Source: Moniliella sp. 'wahieum'
Lineage: Eukaryota
Reading direction: 5' to 3'
Assembly: GCA_003971905.1 (NCBI GenBank)
Contig: RSEE01000007.1
Coordinates: 496,001 to 560,000, forward strand
Length of the DNA: 64,000 bases
Part shown: positions 13,204 to 25,491 of the stretch, piece by piece
Layout of the letters: each line of letters starts with the position of its first letter
How positions within the stretch are numbered: position 1 is the stretch's first letter
Notes under the pieces: model-generated
The model's database searches: none
What the model saw: the letters and a program-made list of their open reading frames with translations, nothing else
What the model was told of the DNA's origin: nothing
Program-made: the position numbers and the translations under genes

Positions 13204-16200
13204 CTATTTTCCCATCAACGGAGATCTGCTCCGGGTTTGAGCCTGTACGAGGAGCGAGGTCGATACGGTCTGAGTGCCCAAGTTGTCCCCCTCACGTTCT
13301 CCCATAGAGGGCGACGGTAGCCCAGTGCCCCCTGGGGAGAATGTGGGGGGATGGTGAAAAGGGTAGAGGAACGACGGCCGAGTCGGCGATGAGAGTCTTG
13401 GCAGGTTGTAACTTTCTGATACCGCGGTTACCTCCTCCTCCAGAAGTAGAAATGAGATCATTGCACAACAGCAACGTGGCCTTCTGGTTAGGCACCCACT
13501 CCTGTTTGCAACGTAGGCAGCTTACCGGTACCTGTCGTACTAGAGCCAGCCACTGCGGATTGGATCCCAGCCGATGTCTTGGGCACACCAACCTCAGCAG
13601 CAGGGAAGTGACCGATAGTAAAACTAGGTTTCACAATCCGCTTCAGAACCAGCGTGCCTTCCTTCAGCAGCCGGCGGCGGGGCTGAACCAAGGTGGACAA
13701 ACGCATGGATTGATACAGCCCATGCTGGAGAAAGTAAGTGTGCCAATCCCCCAACCGTTGCTCGTGTTCTGCCTGCCGTTTGGCCTCGTTCATCTCCTTG
13801 GCCACCGTCAACACAGAAACCAAGGCCGAGGAGAGGGTTTGACTAACGCAGCTCTCCGCTCCATCGGCCGAGCGGGTGTCACTTCAGTGCAACCGCACCA
13901 GGTCCTCCAGCATCAAACGGTAGCGTGGAATGCGCTGACTGGAAGTAAGAGATAACTCTCCAATCCTATGCCGACGATCGCGGGTCGGCAGCGGCCTTCT
14001 TGAGATACTTGTGCACCCGCTTCTGCTTGTTTACCGACAAGGGATCTGTTGCCGACAAGGTATCTGTCTTGTTGCTGCGGCTCGAACCAGGAAGTGCATT
14101 TCCTCGGTTCCACTGAGAGGATCCAAGATCGCCGACCGCCTACGCTTTACCGCGTCCCTTGGGGAATTGGGATGGATCGCCTCGCCCCAACTAATCACGA
14201 TTTGCTGGGCTAGGTCACAGTTGTTGGTGTACGTGATGTATGTACGGAGAAACGCGGTATGCTGAAGGAAGACCTGAGCAACCTGCTGCGTAGCAAGGAG
14301 GCACCGATCCTGGGCATCTTTGCTCTTCCACGTCTCATGCGAGGAGATCCGGGACAACAACTGCATGCCCGCCGAAGTGCCGGAAGGAAGGTATACTTGT
14401 GAAAGAACAGCAGTGCCTCCACATTGCCAAACACTGCCTTCTGTTGCCGAAGAGGGACGGGTGGCTTGTCCTTGAAAGTGCGGCAAGGTGCCACATACAC
14501 GTCAACAAGCGCCTGAAGCCCTTGAACATACGTTTCTTCCGATCCCACCAACTCTTCCAGCACCTTGCGCCTCCGCCCCGGATCATCGTGTGCGGTGGAT
14601 TGGAGATGCTCCACATGGTTGACAACCTTATACCGGTCCCCTGGCCACCCAGGAGCAAGGCTGGGAAGCCGGGCCGTGGACTGGGACGATGCGGATACGT
14701 GCCGGGAAACTGATTCAAAGGAGAAGACCGAAGGCGTGGCGACCGAACTGCTGGGCGAAGTAGGGAGTCCACCTCATTTCCCATCCGAGTGGAGTGGGTG
14801 GGGGTGACAGCGGGCAAGGGTGCTACTTTCTGCATGTTGGCTGAAACAGGGGAGGAGGCAGAAGGATGGAGGGCTTCCAAGTCTTGCAGGTACTGCAGCA
14901 ACGCCTTGACCCCGTACCCATGGACATCCTTCCGCTCTTCCTCCGCCTCGTGACTCCTCTTATCTGAGAACGAACGGGAAGGAAGCCGTAGCGGGCTTGG
15001 CTGAGCAGAGTTGTGTCGGCTTGGCTGGCCTGGCAGATCGTCTTGGCTGAGCCAGTGGGAGTGTCTGGTGAGGAAGACACAGGCGTTAAGACGGCTCCTG
15101 GGCCCGAGACTGCGCGGGTGCGGACGCCACTGGGGAACAGTTCGGTTCCTCCTACCGCGCGGGGAGCGACCGCATCTGGCGAGAAGGACAGAGGTCGGGA
15201 TGGGTTGGAGACGGTGCGTGATGGGGGTTTCGGCTTGTGCTTCAGCATGGCAGTCCAGGCCTGGGGGGTGGGGAGATGTTGAGGGATGAGAGCATCTTGC
15301 TTGGCGACTTCAAACTGATATGAGATGCTTTGGTAGGGGTCTTAGGGTGCAGATGGCTATCGGCCGACTTCCTCGGCAGTTGGGCGGAGAGGGAGGGATA
15401 TAGGAACTGGATGTCGAAATTGTTGAAGCCGAGGCGAGGAAAGGGTTGGAAAGGGGGAGAGTCGGGGCGACAGGTCCACAGGTGAATCAACCAGGGACCC
15501 ATCCGTGCTTAAGGAAGAAGAATGGCGAGGTGTGGTGGGAGCCAAAGATTGGTCATTTCGTCCCAAGGAGCTTCAAACGGATTGCCCTCTAGGCTCAATT
15601 CGCTTAAGTGCCGAAGACGGTGGAGCCAGGATGGAAGATGCGTCAACTCGTTGCGCGCCAAGCTTAGCGAGGTCAACTGCACCAGCCCTACCCATTCATC
15701 TGGTATGGAGGACAAGCCAGTATGATCAAGAGTGAGGCTGCGCAGCTTGGTAAAGTTACCGAGCCAATGGGGGGATCACGCAGAGGGTTGCCCGACAAGG
15801 TTAATTCTTCCAAGACGTGCACAGCCGGAGTGCTGCCGGTAAGTGGGATAGTGAACATTGGCTGAGATCGAGGGAGAGCAAGTGAGGCCCAACCGCAGGA
15901 GGACGTCGTCGAGCAGGCCGCTAACGTCCCCGCCCCACGTGCCCGGGATCCGCAGGTGTCGCACTGTGCCAAGAGCGGAAGTGGTGGCAATGGCTTTCGC
16001 AATGGTATGCGTCGACTTGCGCTCGAGGTGGATAGTGTGGGGAAGTGGGACGCGAGGGAAAGGGTCGCCGGGGGGACAGGCTGCGTTGGATGGGTATGGT
16101 GAGGGAATGGGACTGAGGAGTGGGACTGAGGCTGCGAGTGCGCTCGAGACGGGAGGCTCAGGAGAGATGGGGGACGAGGCCGGGAAGCCCCGCGCCGGGT

Positions 16201-16223
16201 ATGCGGACGATGGCAGTGGGCAT
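13204..16223 (-). CDS. Leucine-rich-repeat plus Dbl-homology (RhoGEF) protein with a PH-like region
   Basis: LRRs VLEELTLSGNPL and LVQLTSLSLARNELTHLPSWLHRLRHLSELSLEGNPF; DH start RRKVLEELVGSEETYVQGLQALVDVYVAP...VFGNVEALLFFH; DH end VAKEMNEAKRQAE; PH-like start LVQPRRRLLKEGTLVLKRIV. Start and end approximate. Confidence 0.85.
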
Positions 16224-16499
16224 GGCGGGGACCGGCTTTTGGAAGGGCAAGTAGAAAGGCAAGGTGGACAACAGCAACAAGAGAAAGCTCAGCGGCTGGA
16301 GATGGCGATGGGGATGTTGGTGCGCGAGGGTGAGCAAGAAGGGGAGAGGGCCGAGAGAAAAGCGCGCGAAGAGATGCTGGTGCACCACTGATGCTGCCCC
16401 CGTCTCGCACCGCCCCTGCTGATGCCATCGGATGCAGTCATAGCCAGCCGCCTGGCCCCTGCGCCTCTTCTAGAGCCTTTTCGACGTTCGACAGGCTCC

Positions 16500-17320
16500 G
16501 ACTCAGCGAGCGACTCAGCGAAACGGACTCAGGCGTATAATGCTCAGCCTCAGCTGAGGCGTGTTTTATTAGCGCTGAGTGCGCTGAGTACTTAGAGCGT
16601 TGCACTTTAAAGTATGGCGTCTACGAGAAAATGAATGCAGAACCTCTCCGTATAACCCCGCGGTCTGAGATCCAAGTTACTCTTCTTGATCTGAGTACTC
16701 AACCACTCAACGTTAAACGTTAACTCAACCTCAGTCGACCCACACATAATAGCCACTATCTCATTCGCCACATCATGCATCATGCATCACACGTCGTCCC
16801 TTCCCGCCCCTCCCAGACTGCCCCCCGTCCCGGCACAGGGACTGTCGATAGCCCCCCTCGTCTCTCTGCCGCTCCGCCCGCAGTTGCTTGCAGTCGCCCC
16901 ACATCCACAAGTCTGCTGTGACCAACCAACCACGTCTGAGTGTACTCAAACTGAGTGTTGTTACGTGAATCTTATATTCCCCCGCAGGAGTTCGCCCACC
17001 ACGAAACACCCTGTTGTGGCACTACCATTAGCTACTGCAGATGACTATATCCATGTCAGCCGCAGGTGAGGCCGGTGACCGGTGATCGGTGACATGCTGA
17101 CAGATGACCACATCAGTGACTGTGGCTAGTGGCTAGTGACTAGTGGCATAGTGCTGCGTAATGATGACGTCGATGACGCGTGACGCGCGCATGACGCGTG
17201 ACGACCGTGAACGCGTGATGAATGGATGATGCAAGATATGATGTCCATTTCTGGATGATCGTTGATCGATGATCTCGATGATCGGTGATAGTCGGATGAC
17301 GTCGATGGTATGACAAGTAT
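16500..17320. repeat. Intergenic cluster of 7-bp-period TSA+palindrome arrays
   Basis: tgagtactca 16692; (tcatgca)x2-tca 16773-16789; tgaccggtgatcggtgacatg near 17076; tggctagtggctagtgactagtgg near 17123; tgacgcgtga and tgatcgatga runs 17160-17300. Confidence 0.8.
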
Positions 17321-19219
17321 TTGTATAGTAAGGGCAGGCGAGGCGGGCCGTGAGACGATGACAATCCATAAGAGGAAGGCTGCCTGTCTCCTCTTCATCC
17401 TCTTCCTTCTCCCGGCACACTCGCCAGAGCAGGTGCGAGAGCTTGACGGTTCCTCCCTCACTTGCTGACCATCGCTCGGGAGCGTAGCCACTGGCTGTGA
17501 TTTTACTGAATATTTGCTGTCTCGCTCCGTTGCACCTACAAGCCATATTAGGCGCTTCAACGGCAGTTACCTCCATGCCAGAAGTTATCCCTGTCGTATG
17601 TCCTAACAATTAGTGGCCATTATACCCCCTGTTACATTGGAGCAACATGGGCAAAAATCCGCTGAACCTATAAAGAGGCTGGTCCATTGTCCGGCGTGTG
17701 CTCTGCTTTTGCTCGTTCCACAACCAGCTCAACAGGTAGCCCTGGTATCTCCTGCGCCTGTAGAGAACGACATGAGGTACCCGGACGGACAAGGAGGCCG
17801 GACCGCTCTACGTCACCAATGCGTGGCTCGGTCTCTTCCTCCTTTAATGGCTGCCCAAACACGAGGACCGAGAGGCGGAGCGACGACGCAACGGTTGTGG
17901 GGAGATAAGGCTGTGGTACATGCATCCGCTGTCCCTTCTTCTCATTCCTCCGTTCTTGTATCCAGCCCGTTGGGGGATTCACGTCCAATTTCTATTATCT
18001 GGCAAGATGAAGAAAGGGGGGGGTGGGGCAGAGGGGCCGCGTGCTGGACTTGGACGCTGAGCCTGCCAGCCGGACCGCCTCTCGACATGTGGGTGGGAAG
18101 CAACCGAGCCTGTTGCTGCATGCCACAACAGCACTGGCTTGGCTTGAGTATTGCCCATATATAGGTACTGAATCGTTTGAATGCTTTTCATTCCAGCATG
18201 TCGCGGGCCTTGAGGGCCCGCATCGTCGGAGGGTTCGACTTGATCACAACCGAGAGGTTGCTGGGGTAACAATAGTAGTCGGTTATAATAGGTGTTGGAT
18301 ATGGGTGCGGACTACAGGGATAGGGGCTAAGATTGGAGATGCTAAAGGTGGTGACATTGTCACTGGCACTACAGAGGGGGTGGGGGGGTGGAGGCATAGG
18401 AAGATGCAGAGCCCACTTGTTGACTGTATGAGCAAGTGGGGAATAATCTGGGGGGATGATGGCATTCTGCACTTACGACAGCATCTGACGCACCTGCACT
18501 TGAGGATCAGGAAAAATCATTGGCAATGATACACCAGATTGGTAAGAAGAAAACAGGGGTGCTAGGCGTAGGCTCTGCAGCCGTCCGCCCCAGGACTGGG
18601 AAGATCTGGACGGAATTCTAGATGCTGTGGGGTGTCGAACCTGTCTTCTGCACACTATTTGACGTCTTTGAGAAAAGACGGGCGACAACCGTGCAGACTT
18701 ATGCGGCGGAGAATCGGGTTTTCGCAAGTTGCTTTGCGGGGCTCTTTGGACAAAAGGACACTTCTCAATTATACAGAGGTGGATTTTCATGAGGATGGTA
18801 CAAAAGTGACGACGCGGGGAGGTGGGCTTGGATGAGGCGACAGCAGTGCTGCTGCGGCATGTGAGGCGTGGGACAATGTGATTGCACCATGGACGGCGCC
18901 CGAAGTGCAGGGTCCATCGTGGCCAAAAACCAGGGTTGGGGCAGAAGAGGGAAGATGGAGAGGTGGAAGCTGTCCATAGCTTTTAATCCACACAATGAGA
19001 ATACTCCGTGCCCACTGGCTGCTTGGGGCAGAGTGATGAAGTTCATCAGGATTATGGACCTCATGATCGACAGTCGTCCCTCCTCCACCCACAACCACAG
19101 GAATCTGGGAGAGCACCCTGTGGAAGTGAGACAGAAGGTTGTTTTCTCGTTCGTGAGACGAGCCCACTATAATATCGGTGTGCTACTATACCAACTAACT
19201 TCCGTTGTATTTCAGCTCG

Positions 19220-19850
19220 ACGTCAGGCGTCAGAGCGCGCCAAGCTCGTCAAGCCTGTGATCAGCGCTGACCCTCAGGAGCTCAAGGCATGGTGTTTGTG
19301 GCTTTTGCTGTGGGGTTTCCTCTACTAGGCTTTTACCTCACAAACACGTACTTATGCATTTGGGTGGCCATATCACCTGGGACGTGTGAAATGCGGCATG
19401 TGGCCCCCCTCCCAGTTGCTCGTCCACACTGGCCATTGTTCATTTTCTTCCCAGGGATGTTGACACCACGTCACCTTCCAATCCAGCCATGCCGAACGCT
19501 GGGGCGGGGAGCGCCACGGTGCTGCAAGCCGCAATTGGCGAGGGATCGGGCTCGGGTCCCAGCCTGGGGCAGGAGGGAGAAGCGCATGGAACGCACATGA
19601 GGTGCACACGAGATACACATGCGCCGCCAGCAGCCTGTTCGCACGCCCACCTCCGTCGCCACGTGGCAACGTACCACGTGGAAGCCAGCGATTCGGTCTT
19701 GCAACTTGCAGCCTCTTCTACCGGCTACCACACGCCAGGGGAGGCAGGCGACAATCACCGGTTATCCGGCACTAGTGGCCCACCGGTGACCGAGGACTGA
19801 AGACTGCCCGTGTGCGTGCCAAGTCAACATCATCGATCATCAATCATTGC
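19220..19850. repeat. TSA+palindrome units upstream of ERV29
   Basis: tcagcgctga 19261; tcaccggtta and ccaccggtga near 19755-19790; tcatcgatca 19830. Confidence 0.6.
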
Positions 19851-20004
19851 ATCCTAGATCCTGCCCAAGCTAGGAGGCGTGATCACACGTCCCGCGATCA
19901 CGGGCGTGCCAGCCGCAACTGGACATCGCAAACCTTGTGGGCATCGCCAATTCATCCGTCTCTCTACCACCCCTTCCACCACCACCTCCCCCCCTCCCCC
20001 ACCC

Positions 20005-21179
20005 ATGGCGTACCAACAGCCCTACGCTTCTCATCTCAACGCACGGGGCGCAGCTGCGGCCGGTGGAGCCTATGCCGCCCCACACAGTGCTGCTGCCCCC
20101 TCGAGCGGCGTGCACGCCTATGGGACCGCTCCTGCCCCAGGGTTTGTCCAGCAACAGCCTGCCTATGGCGGCGCAGCACCATATGCCCAGGCTCCCTCCT
20201 ATGGGGGAGGTGCTGCCTTCTCCTCCAACGGGTTTGGCCCCACTGGCGGTTTTGGTGGCGGGGGATACGCGCCTTCCCCTATGCCTCCCGCTCCACTGCG
20301 TCTTCCGCTCCTTCGGAAGGATTTCTGGCTCAACTCCAGTCTCATCCCTGGGTTGCCCGTCTGGAGGAAGTGTCGTCGACAGCCGAAGATTTCATCGACA
20401 CCTACACACATCCGCTCAAACCTTACCTGCCCGGCTTTGGACGCTTCCTGATTGTCGCTACGTTTCTGGAAGATGCGTTCCGGCTCGTGACCCATTGGAG
20501 CGACCAAGTCTACTTTCTCCAAAGGCACCGCCACATCCCTTGGGGAATTACGCACATCTTTCTCATTCTCAACATGATCATCATGGTTGCCGCGTCGCTT
20601 GCTGTCATTGCCCGGCGCTACCCCGAGGCGTCGGTAGGGGCCCTGTTGGGAATCCAGTTGATCCAAGGTGTCGCATACGGTATGCTTTGGGACTGGCACT
20701 TTGTCCTACGCACTTTCCATCACGGGTGGCCTGCTCATGTGCCTGTCCGACTCGCTTGCTGTGCAAAAGAAGAGCCAGCGGCTGTTCGCTGGCCTGCCCT
20801 CGCTCGGAGTGAGTGAAAGCGACAAAAACCTCTACCTTCAACTCGCTGGCCGTGTTCTGCTTATCTTCCTCTTCATTGGGTTTGCCTTTCATGGCGAGTG
20901 GAGCTTTTTGCGTGCATCACCATCGTGCTCGGCCTGGGTGCTTGCGCTATGGTTGCCGTCGGCTTCAAGGCGCGCTGGTCAGCCTCTTTTCTCGTCTTGC
21001 TCCTCTCCGTTTTCAACCTGGCAGTCAACAACTTTTGGTCGGTCAACAGGAAACACCCCAGCCATGACTTTTTGCGGTACGACTTTTTCCAAACTCTCTC
21101 CATTGTAGGTGGCCTGCTGCTTTTGGTCAACATGGGCCCTGGTTCCTACTCGATTGACGAGAGCAAAAAGGCGACCTGA
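20005..21179 (+). CDS. ERV29: SURF4/Erv29 ER cargo receptor
   Basis: EDFIDTYTHPLKPYLPGFGRFLIVATFLEDAFRL, YLQLAGRVLLIFLFIGF, DFLRYDFFQTLSIVGGLLLLVNMGPG and a C-terminal KKxx (ESKKAT*); split by indels. Confidence 0.93.
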
Positions 21180-21970
21180 GAAGACGTGGGCTTCGACGTT
21201 CGTTCCCCTTTGCTATCGATTATCACCCTTTGATTATAGCTCCTGTCTTGCCCCTTTGTCACGACCCAAGGTTCTAACTGTTCGGAGGGGGCTGAAGTAT
21301 CGAGCTGCCCACAGTTAGCGGATCGGAACTTGAATCATGCGTTGTGGCGATGCCTTCGACGCCACAACCCGCTTTTCTTCCTTTATTGTTTGTTTTACAA
21401 AGCGGCCACAGCCTCCCAGATCATGGTCGCCGATGTTTGACTGAGGAACACGTTGATGTTACGATTCCCGGAAGCAATTGCGTGCAGGGTAGCTCATACA
21501 GCTCATGACTTGCGGCACGGGGATACTAGGCTTTCTGCAAGTTTTTTAGGTCCATACAGGCCAGTCGACACATCCGCCTCTTCCCAGGCCATCCGTGTAG
21601 ATAGAACGATGCCCGTAGAACGGTAGGCTAAACGGTAGGCTATCAGTGGTTTCATCTAGTACTACTTCTACTATTCATGACAAACGGGTCCTTTTCCGAT
21701 TCCCTTAGGCGATGCGTTTCAACAGGTATGAGCTCAGGAGGGGTAGGTCTCTGCTAGAAACATGGTTACATTCGAAGAAGGCTTGGCCCAAAACTGAGGT
21801 GAAAGTGAGGCGTGCATAATGCGGTTGTGAGACCGCGGCTTGATGAAAGGTGGAAAAAGGTACAAGAACATAACGCGAGCCGAGCAATGCAGGAGGACAA
21901 ACACCAACCGGGTCCGTCCAAAGCGCAAACCCCACACCAATTCGGCCATGTTCTTGGCCCTCCCCCTCGC

Positions 21971-23913
21971 TCACAGCACAGTCACTTGGGGGGTATCGTC
22001 AACGATGCCCGTGTCCCCTAATTCGTCCGCAAGTTGTTCCAACGCGGCAGCTCGTTGCCGTTCCCGCCGCTCTCTCCGCTGCCTCCTCCTCATCCTCCGA
22101 CAAGAACACTGCATCGTCCTGCTGGGGCAATGTAAGCGGCGGTATGGCATGCCCTGGCACATGCACATGGGACAGATGCGGACGAGGCGAGACGGGACCA
22201 TAAGCAGGCGTGAGAGGGTGCAGGGTGGCGCCAAAGTGGGGACTGGGTAAAGTGCCGCGGCTGCTGCGTGCACTGCGTGGTGCCAAGTACGGCGAAGCGG
22301 GAGGTGGTGCGAGAATGGGCACGGGACGCCGTGGCAGCGCGTTGTTCACGCACCCAAGCTTGGTCTCGTTGGCGCCGACGCTGAAGCGGGTCCCAAAAGT
22401 GATGTGCCTTAGTTTGCATCCCATACGCTTGGGGCGTAATCTCAATCACATCGCCTTCGGGTACGTCAATGTGGGGGATCTCATGAGGAGAGCGACCTTG
22501 GAGGTAGCCAAGCAGGACCCGAAGCACGCTCGACTGTGCCACAATCAACAGATCCGAAGCGTTCCGTTCCAACTCCATAATCACCGGTTCAATTCGCACA
22601 CACAAGTCGTGGTACGACTCGGCACGCGGGTACCGCGCGCCATAGGGCTCGGTTTGCAACCGCTGGTACTCGACGGGTACATCGCTTTGATCTCTTCTTC
22701 GGGCATGCCGTCGACCATTCCCGGGTTGAGCTCGCACAACTGCGACTTTTCCACCACCTTGTCCCCCAACTCGGGGAAAAAGGAGCAGGTGTGGGCGGCC
22801 CGACGCCGGTTCGACGTCCAGACTTCGAGGCGCCGAGATGGCACATCGGACCCGGCCGAACTGACAGGCCGCGAGGGTAGGCCCGGAAGCGCCGAGGACG
22901 GCAGTTCCGCCTTGTCCCGCTTTGCAGCGTTAGCACTCTGCGACTCGGACGTGAGCCCGGTGAACCCGGCCCGACTGCCAACAGGCCTGGGGAAGCGGCA
23001 GTGGGGGACGAAGCAGCGGAACGTTCGCGCTCACGGCGCAATTTGTCCATAAACTCTGTCAGTTCTTCGGCGTACTGCCAGCCCAAGGAGGAGAGGTCAG
23101 CGTCGGCCTTGTACAGATGCTCGACCAAGGCCTCGCCAGCACGAGCAAGGTAGATGGTGCGATCGCGATTATGCACGTTCATGAGGAAGAAACAGATACG
23201 AGACTGGAGGTAGCCGCGAATGTTGTTGACAATGACCCGTTGGCCTACGTTGAGATCTTGACGTACGACAGCTGCGGGTTGGTGATCGTCTCATACTCGG
23301 ACTCACGCATGCGAATGCGCCTGTGAAAGTCCTTGAGCGCCTCGCCTTTCTTCCAGCCTGGTAGTCGGGGCTGCCGAGCTTGACGGCACGAATGTTGTTC
23401 TCAATGATGGCGGGGTCGTCACACACTGTTTCAAGAAACATCACGAGACGTGGAGGGGGGCAAACTTGGCCAGCAGTGCCTCGCGTGTGTGTTGTTGGCC
23501 ATTGTTGGGTCATAAATCACCACCTGGTTGCCCGCTTTGAAGTAGGCAGCGACTTGATCGTCAAATTCAAACAAGATGCGGCCGCGGAGCTGTTCCGTCG
23601 ACGCTGTCCCGCCTCCGACGGCAAAGTAGTCGCTGGGAAGATCATCCGGCTTGCCCAGCCGCGTGCGGCGGTAGTCGCCCAGGGAAAACACCTTGGCCTT
23701 GACGCCGAGCCAGAGCAGATAGCGCTCCAGGGCATGGCTCAGGTGCGTCTTGCCACGCGCGGGCAGGCCGACAGTGGCAATCAAGATCTGACCGGCATGG
23801 AAAGCTGGCCCGAGGCGGTCGCTGTGGCGAGAGAGAGAGGCGGGGGTGAGCATGGGGGGCGCAAAGGGGGCAGGGGGAGGGGCAGCGGACGGACTGTAGA
23901 GCGGGGCGGCCAT
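21971..23913 (-). CDS. 6-phosphofructo-2-kinase / fructose-2,6-bisphosphatase family protein, phosphatase domain degenerate
   Basis: P-loop [100 protein letters not shown]. Confidence 0.9.
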
Positions 23914-24029
23914 GGGAGCCGAGACGAAGGGCGGGCGGAGAAGAGCGGCGGCGGAGGTGGTGTGGTGGTTGGATGGCCGCACTTGCGCCGAGCGTTGCGG
24001 GAAGCGCCCCTGGAGGAAAAATGCAGTCA

Positions 24030-24490
24030 CGACTAGTCAGTGGTGGTTGACGCTGACGCTGACGCTGACGCTGACCGCTGAACTTGAGCGCCCAGGAGCG
24101 CGGCGGCGCACAGCAAGGCACTCCCACGCGCACTATGTAGAGGACGACGTCTGCCGCAGAGGCACCACACCGTTTACCCCACACGCCCAGCACGACCCAA
24201 GCCAAACAGGCGGCTGAACTTGCTTCCGTAATGCACCCGGGGTCGGTGTACCCCGGCCATCGCGGCACACAGGCACCCGAGCGCCCCGTTTCCCGCTTCG
24301 CCCTGCCGCGGCTGCCACGAGCATCTACGTCATCGATCCGCACCATCTCTCGCCGCAGCTGGCACCCCTCCACGCCAGCCATGGCCACCCCCCCATCGCC
24401 AGCAGCAGTCACTAGTCACGCGTCACGCCCTAGTCGATCTCCATTGCCTTCTTCATCAGCATCTGAGATCTGAGTCTCAGACCGGTCTCT
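24030..24490. repeat. TSA+palindrome units and a (tgacgc)n run upstream of the 6PF2K gene
   Basis: (tgacgc)x4 near 24048-24071; tca-ctag-tca-cgcg-tca 24409-24425; tgagatctgagtctcagacc 24464-24483. Confidence 0.7.
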
Positions 24491-24738
24491 GACCCCCTCG
24501 CGCCGACGCAGCCCTTTTTGTCCCACATCTCGCGCCCCGGTCGCCCCTTTTAATAATAGCTCCGCGCTTTCGCCGACTGGATTGGATTGTGGATTGAAAT
24601 CCGAACGTTTCTCTGGGCTTTCAGTTGAACCAGTCGCAGATTGCACGCGTCCTGAGAGGCCTGCAGCCTGATCGAGATCGACTTGGATCATCTCTTCCTC
24701 AGACGGCAGGGCGATGCCGGTGATGTGGCACAGGGGCT

Positions 24739-24799
24739 CAGGAGCACAGGAGCACAGGAGCACAGGAGCACAGGTAGGAGCACAGGTAGGAGCACAGGT
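24739..24799 (+). repeat. Short tandem repeat (CAGGAGCA)n with two 4-bp insertions
   Basis: caggagcacaggagcacaggagcacaggagcacaggtaggagcacaggtaggagcacaggt read directly. Confidence 0.85.
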
Positions 24800-25386
24800 G
24801 GCGCCCTCTGCCTGAGACCTGACATGTGGCATGCCGTCGGGATTTGGGCTCCTGCAGGAGCTCTTCCAATCGAGCAGCTTTCACCTTCTCTCGTCCTGGT
24901 GGAAGGCAACAACTACAGGCAGGCAGCAAAAAAAGAGGCACATACGCTCATCGTTTGCAAGTGGCAGACACAGGTAGTAGGTGTATCTGTCGCACTGCAC
25001 TATGAGCACGCCCCCTAGGCCCACATATCTCCAATCTATTCCCCGGCATGCTCTTTGCCACCTACATTACCCACACCTCTCCTCACACACGGGTGCCCCC
25101 TCTTTGCCTTGCGTCCACGGCAGATTCGTCGCCTTTTTGGTCCAGCTTCAATGCACGCCATGCTGAATCCGCATGGAGACACGTGGAGGCTTGAGCTGTG
25201 TGCCGGAGAGAGAGTATAATGGACAGCACACATCCAACCGCCCCATTGACGCAAAGCAGGGAAAGCATGCCAGCCTCGAAGTGGCAGACGCCCCGCATAG
25301 CCCTCGTTCTTGCTTACAAGGTAGGAGTCCACAGCGTTCGTTACAGGATGGTGTTTGATGCAAATCTCGGTCCGCAGCCTCAACCT

Positions 25387-25485
25387 GGGCTCATGGTGTA
25401 GTGGTATCATGCCTCTTTCGGGTCAATCCCGAGCTGGATACAGTTCGAATAGAGGTGGTCGTGGGTTCAATTCCCGCTGAGCCCC
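25387..25485 (+). tRNA. tRNA-Pro(CGG) with a 27-nt intron (about 25423-25449)
   Basis: Acceptor stem GGGCTCA/TGAGCCC; A box TGGTGTAGTGG; anticodon stem CCTCT/AGAGG with loop TT-CGG-G; intron contains CCCGA, complementary to the anticodon loop; T arm GTGGG-TTCAATT-CCCGC. Confidence 0.93.
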
Positions 25486-25486
25486 C

Positions 25487-25491
25487 TTTTT
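25487..25491 (+). terminator. RNA polymerase III T-run terminator of the tRNA
   Basis: TTTTT starting two bases after the discriminator base. Confidence 0.7.

Noticed and set aside
17100..17320. Multiple TGATGA/CTGA boxes suggesting C/D snoRNAs
   Set aside because: Explained by the TGA-phased arrays; no convincing terminal stem or guide sequence seen.
17349..17608. Possible solo LTR ending in cctaaca
   Set aside because: No intact opposite terminus, no TSD and no homologous copy.
19060..19200. Minus-strand peptide DIIVGSSHERENNLLSHFHRVL faintly resembling RT sequence after YxDD
   Set aside because: No YxDD or other RT motifs; similarity too weak without an HMM search.
22210..24036. Long antisense ORFs over known genes (also over MET30, VMA8 and gag)
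   Set aside because: Expected shadow ORFs in high-GC coding DNA.
24739..24799. Short repeats as a CRISPR-like array
   Set aside because: Tandem units with no unique spacers, eukaryotic context and no cas genes.
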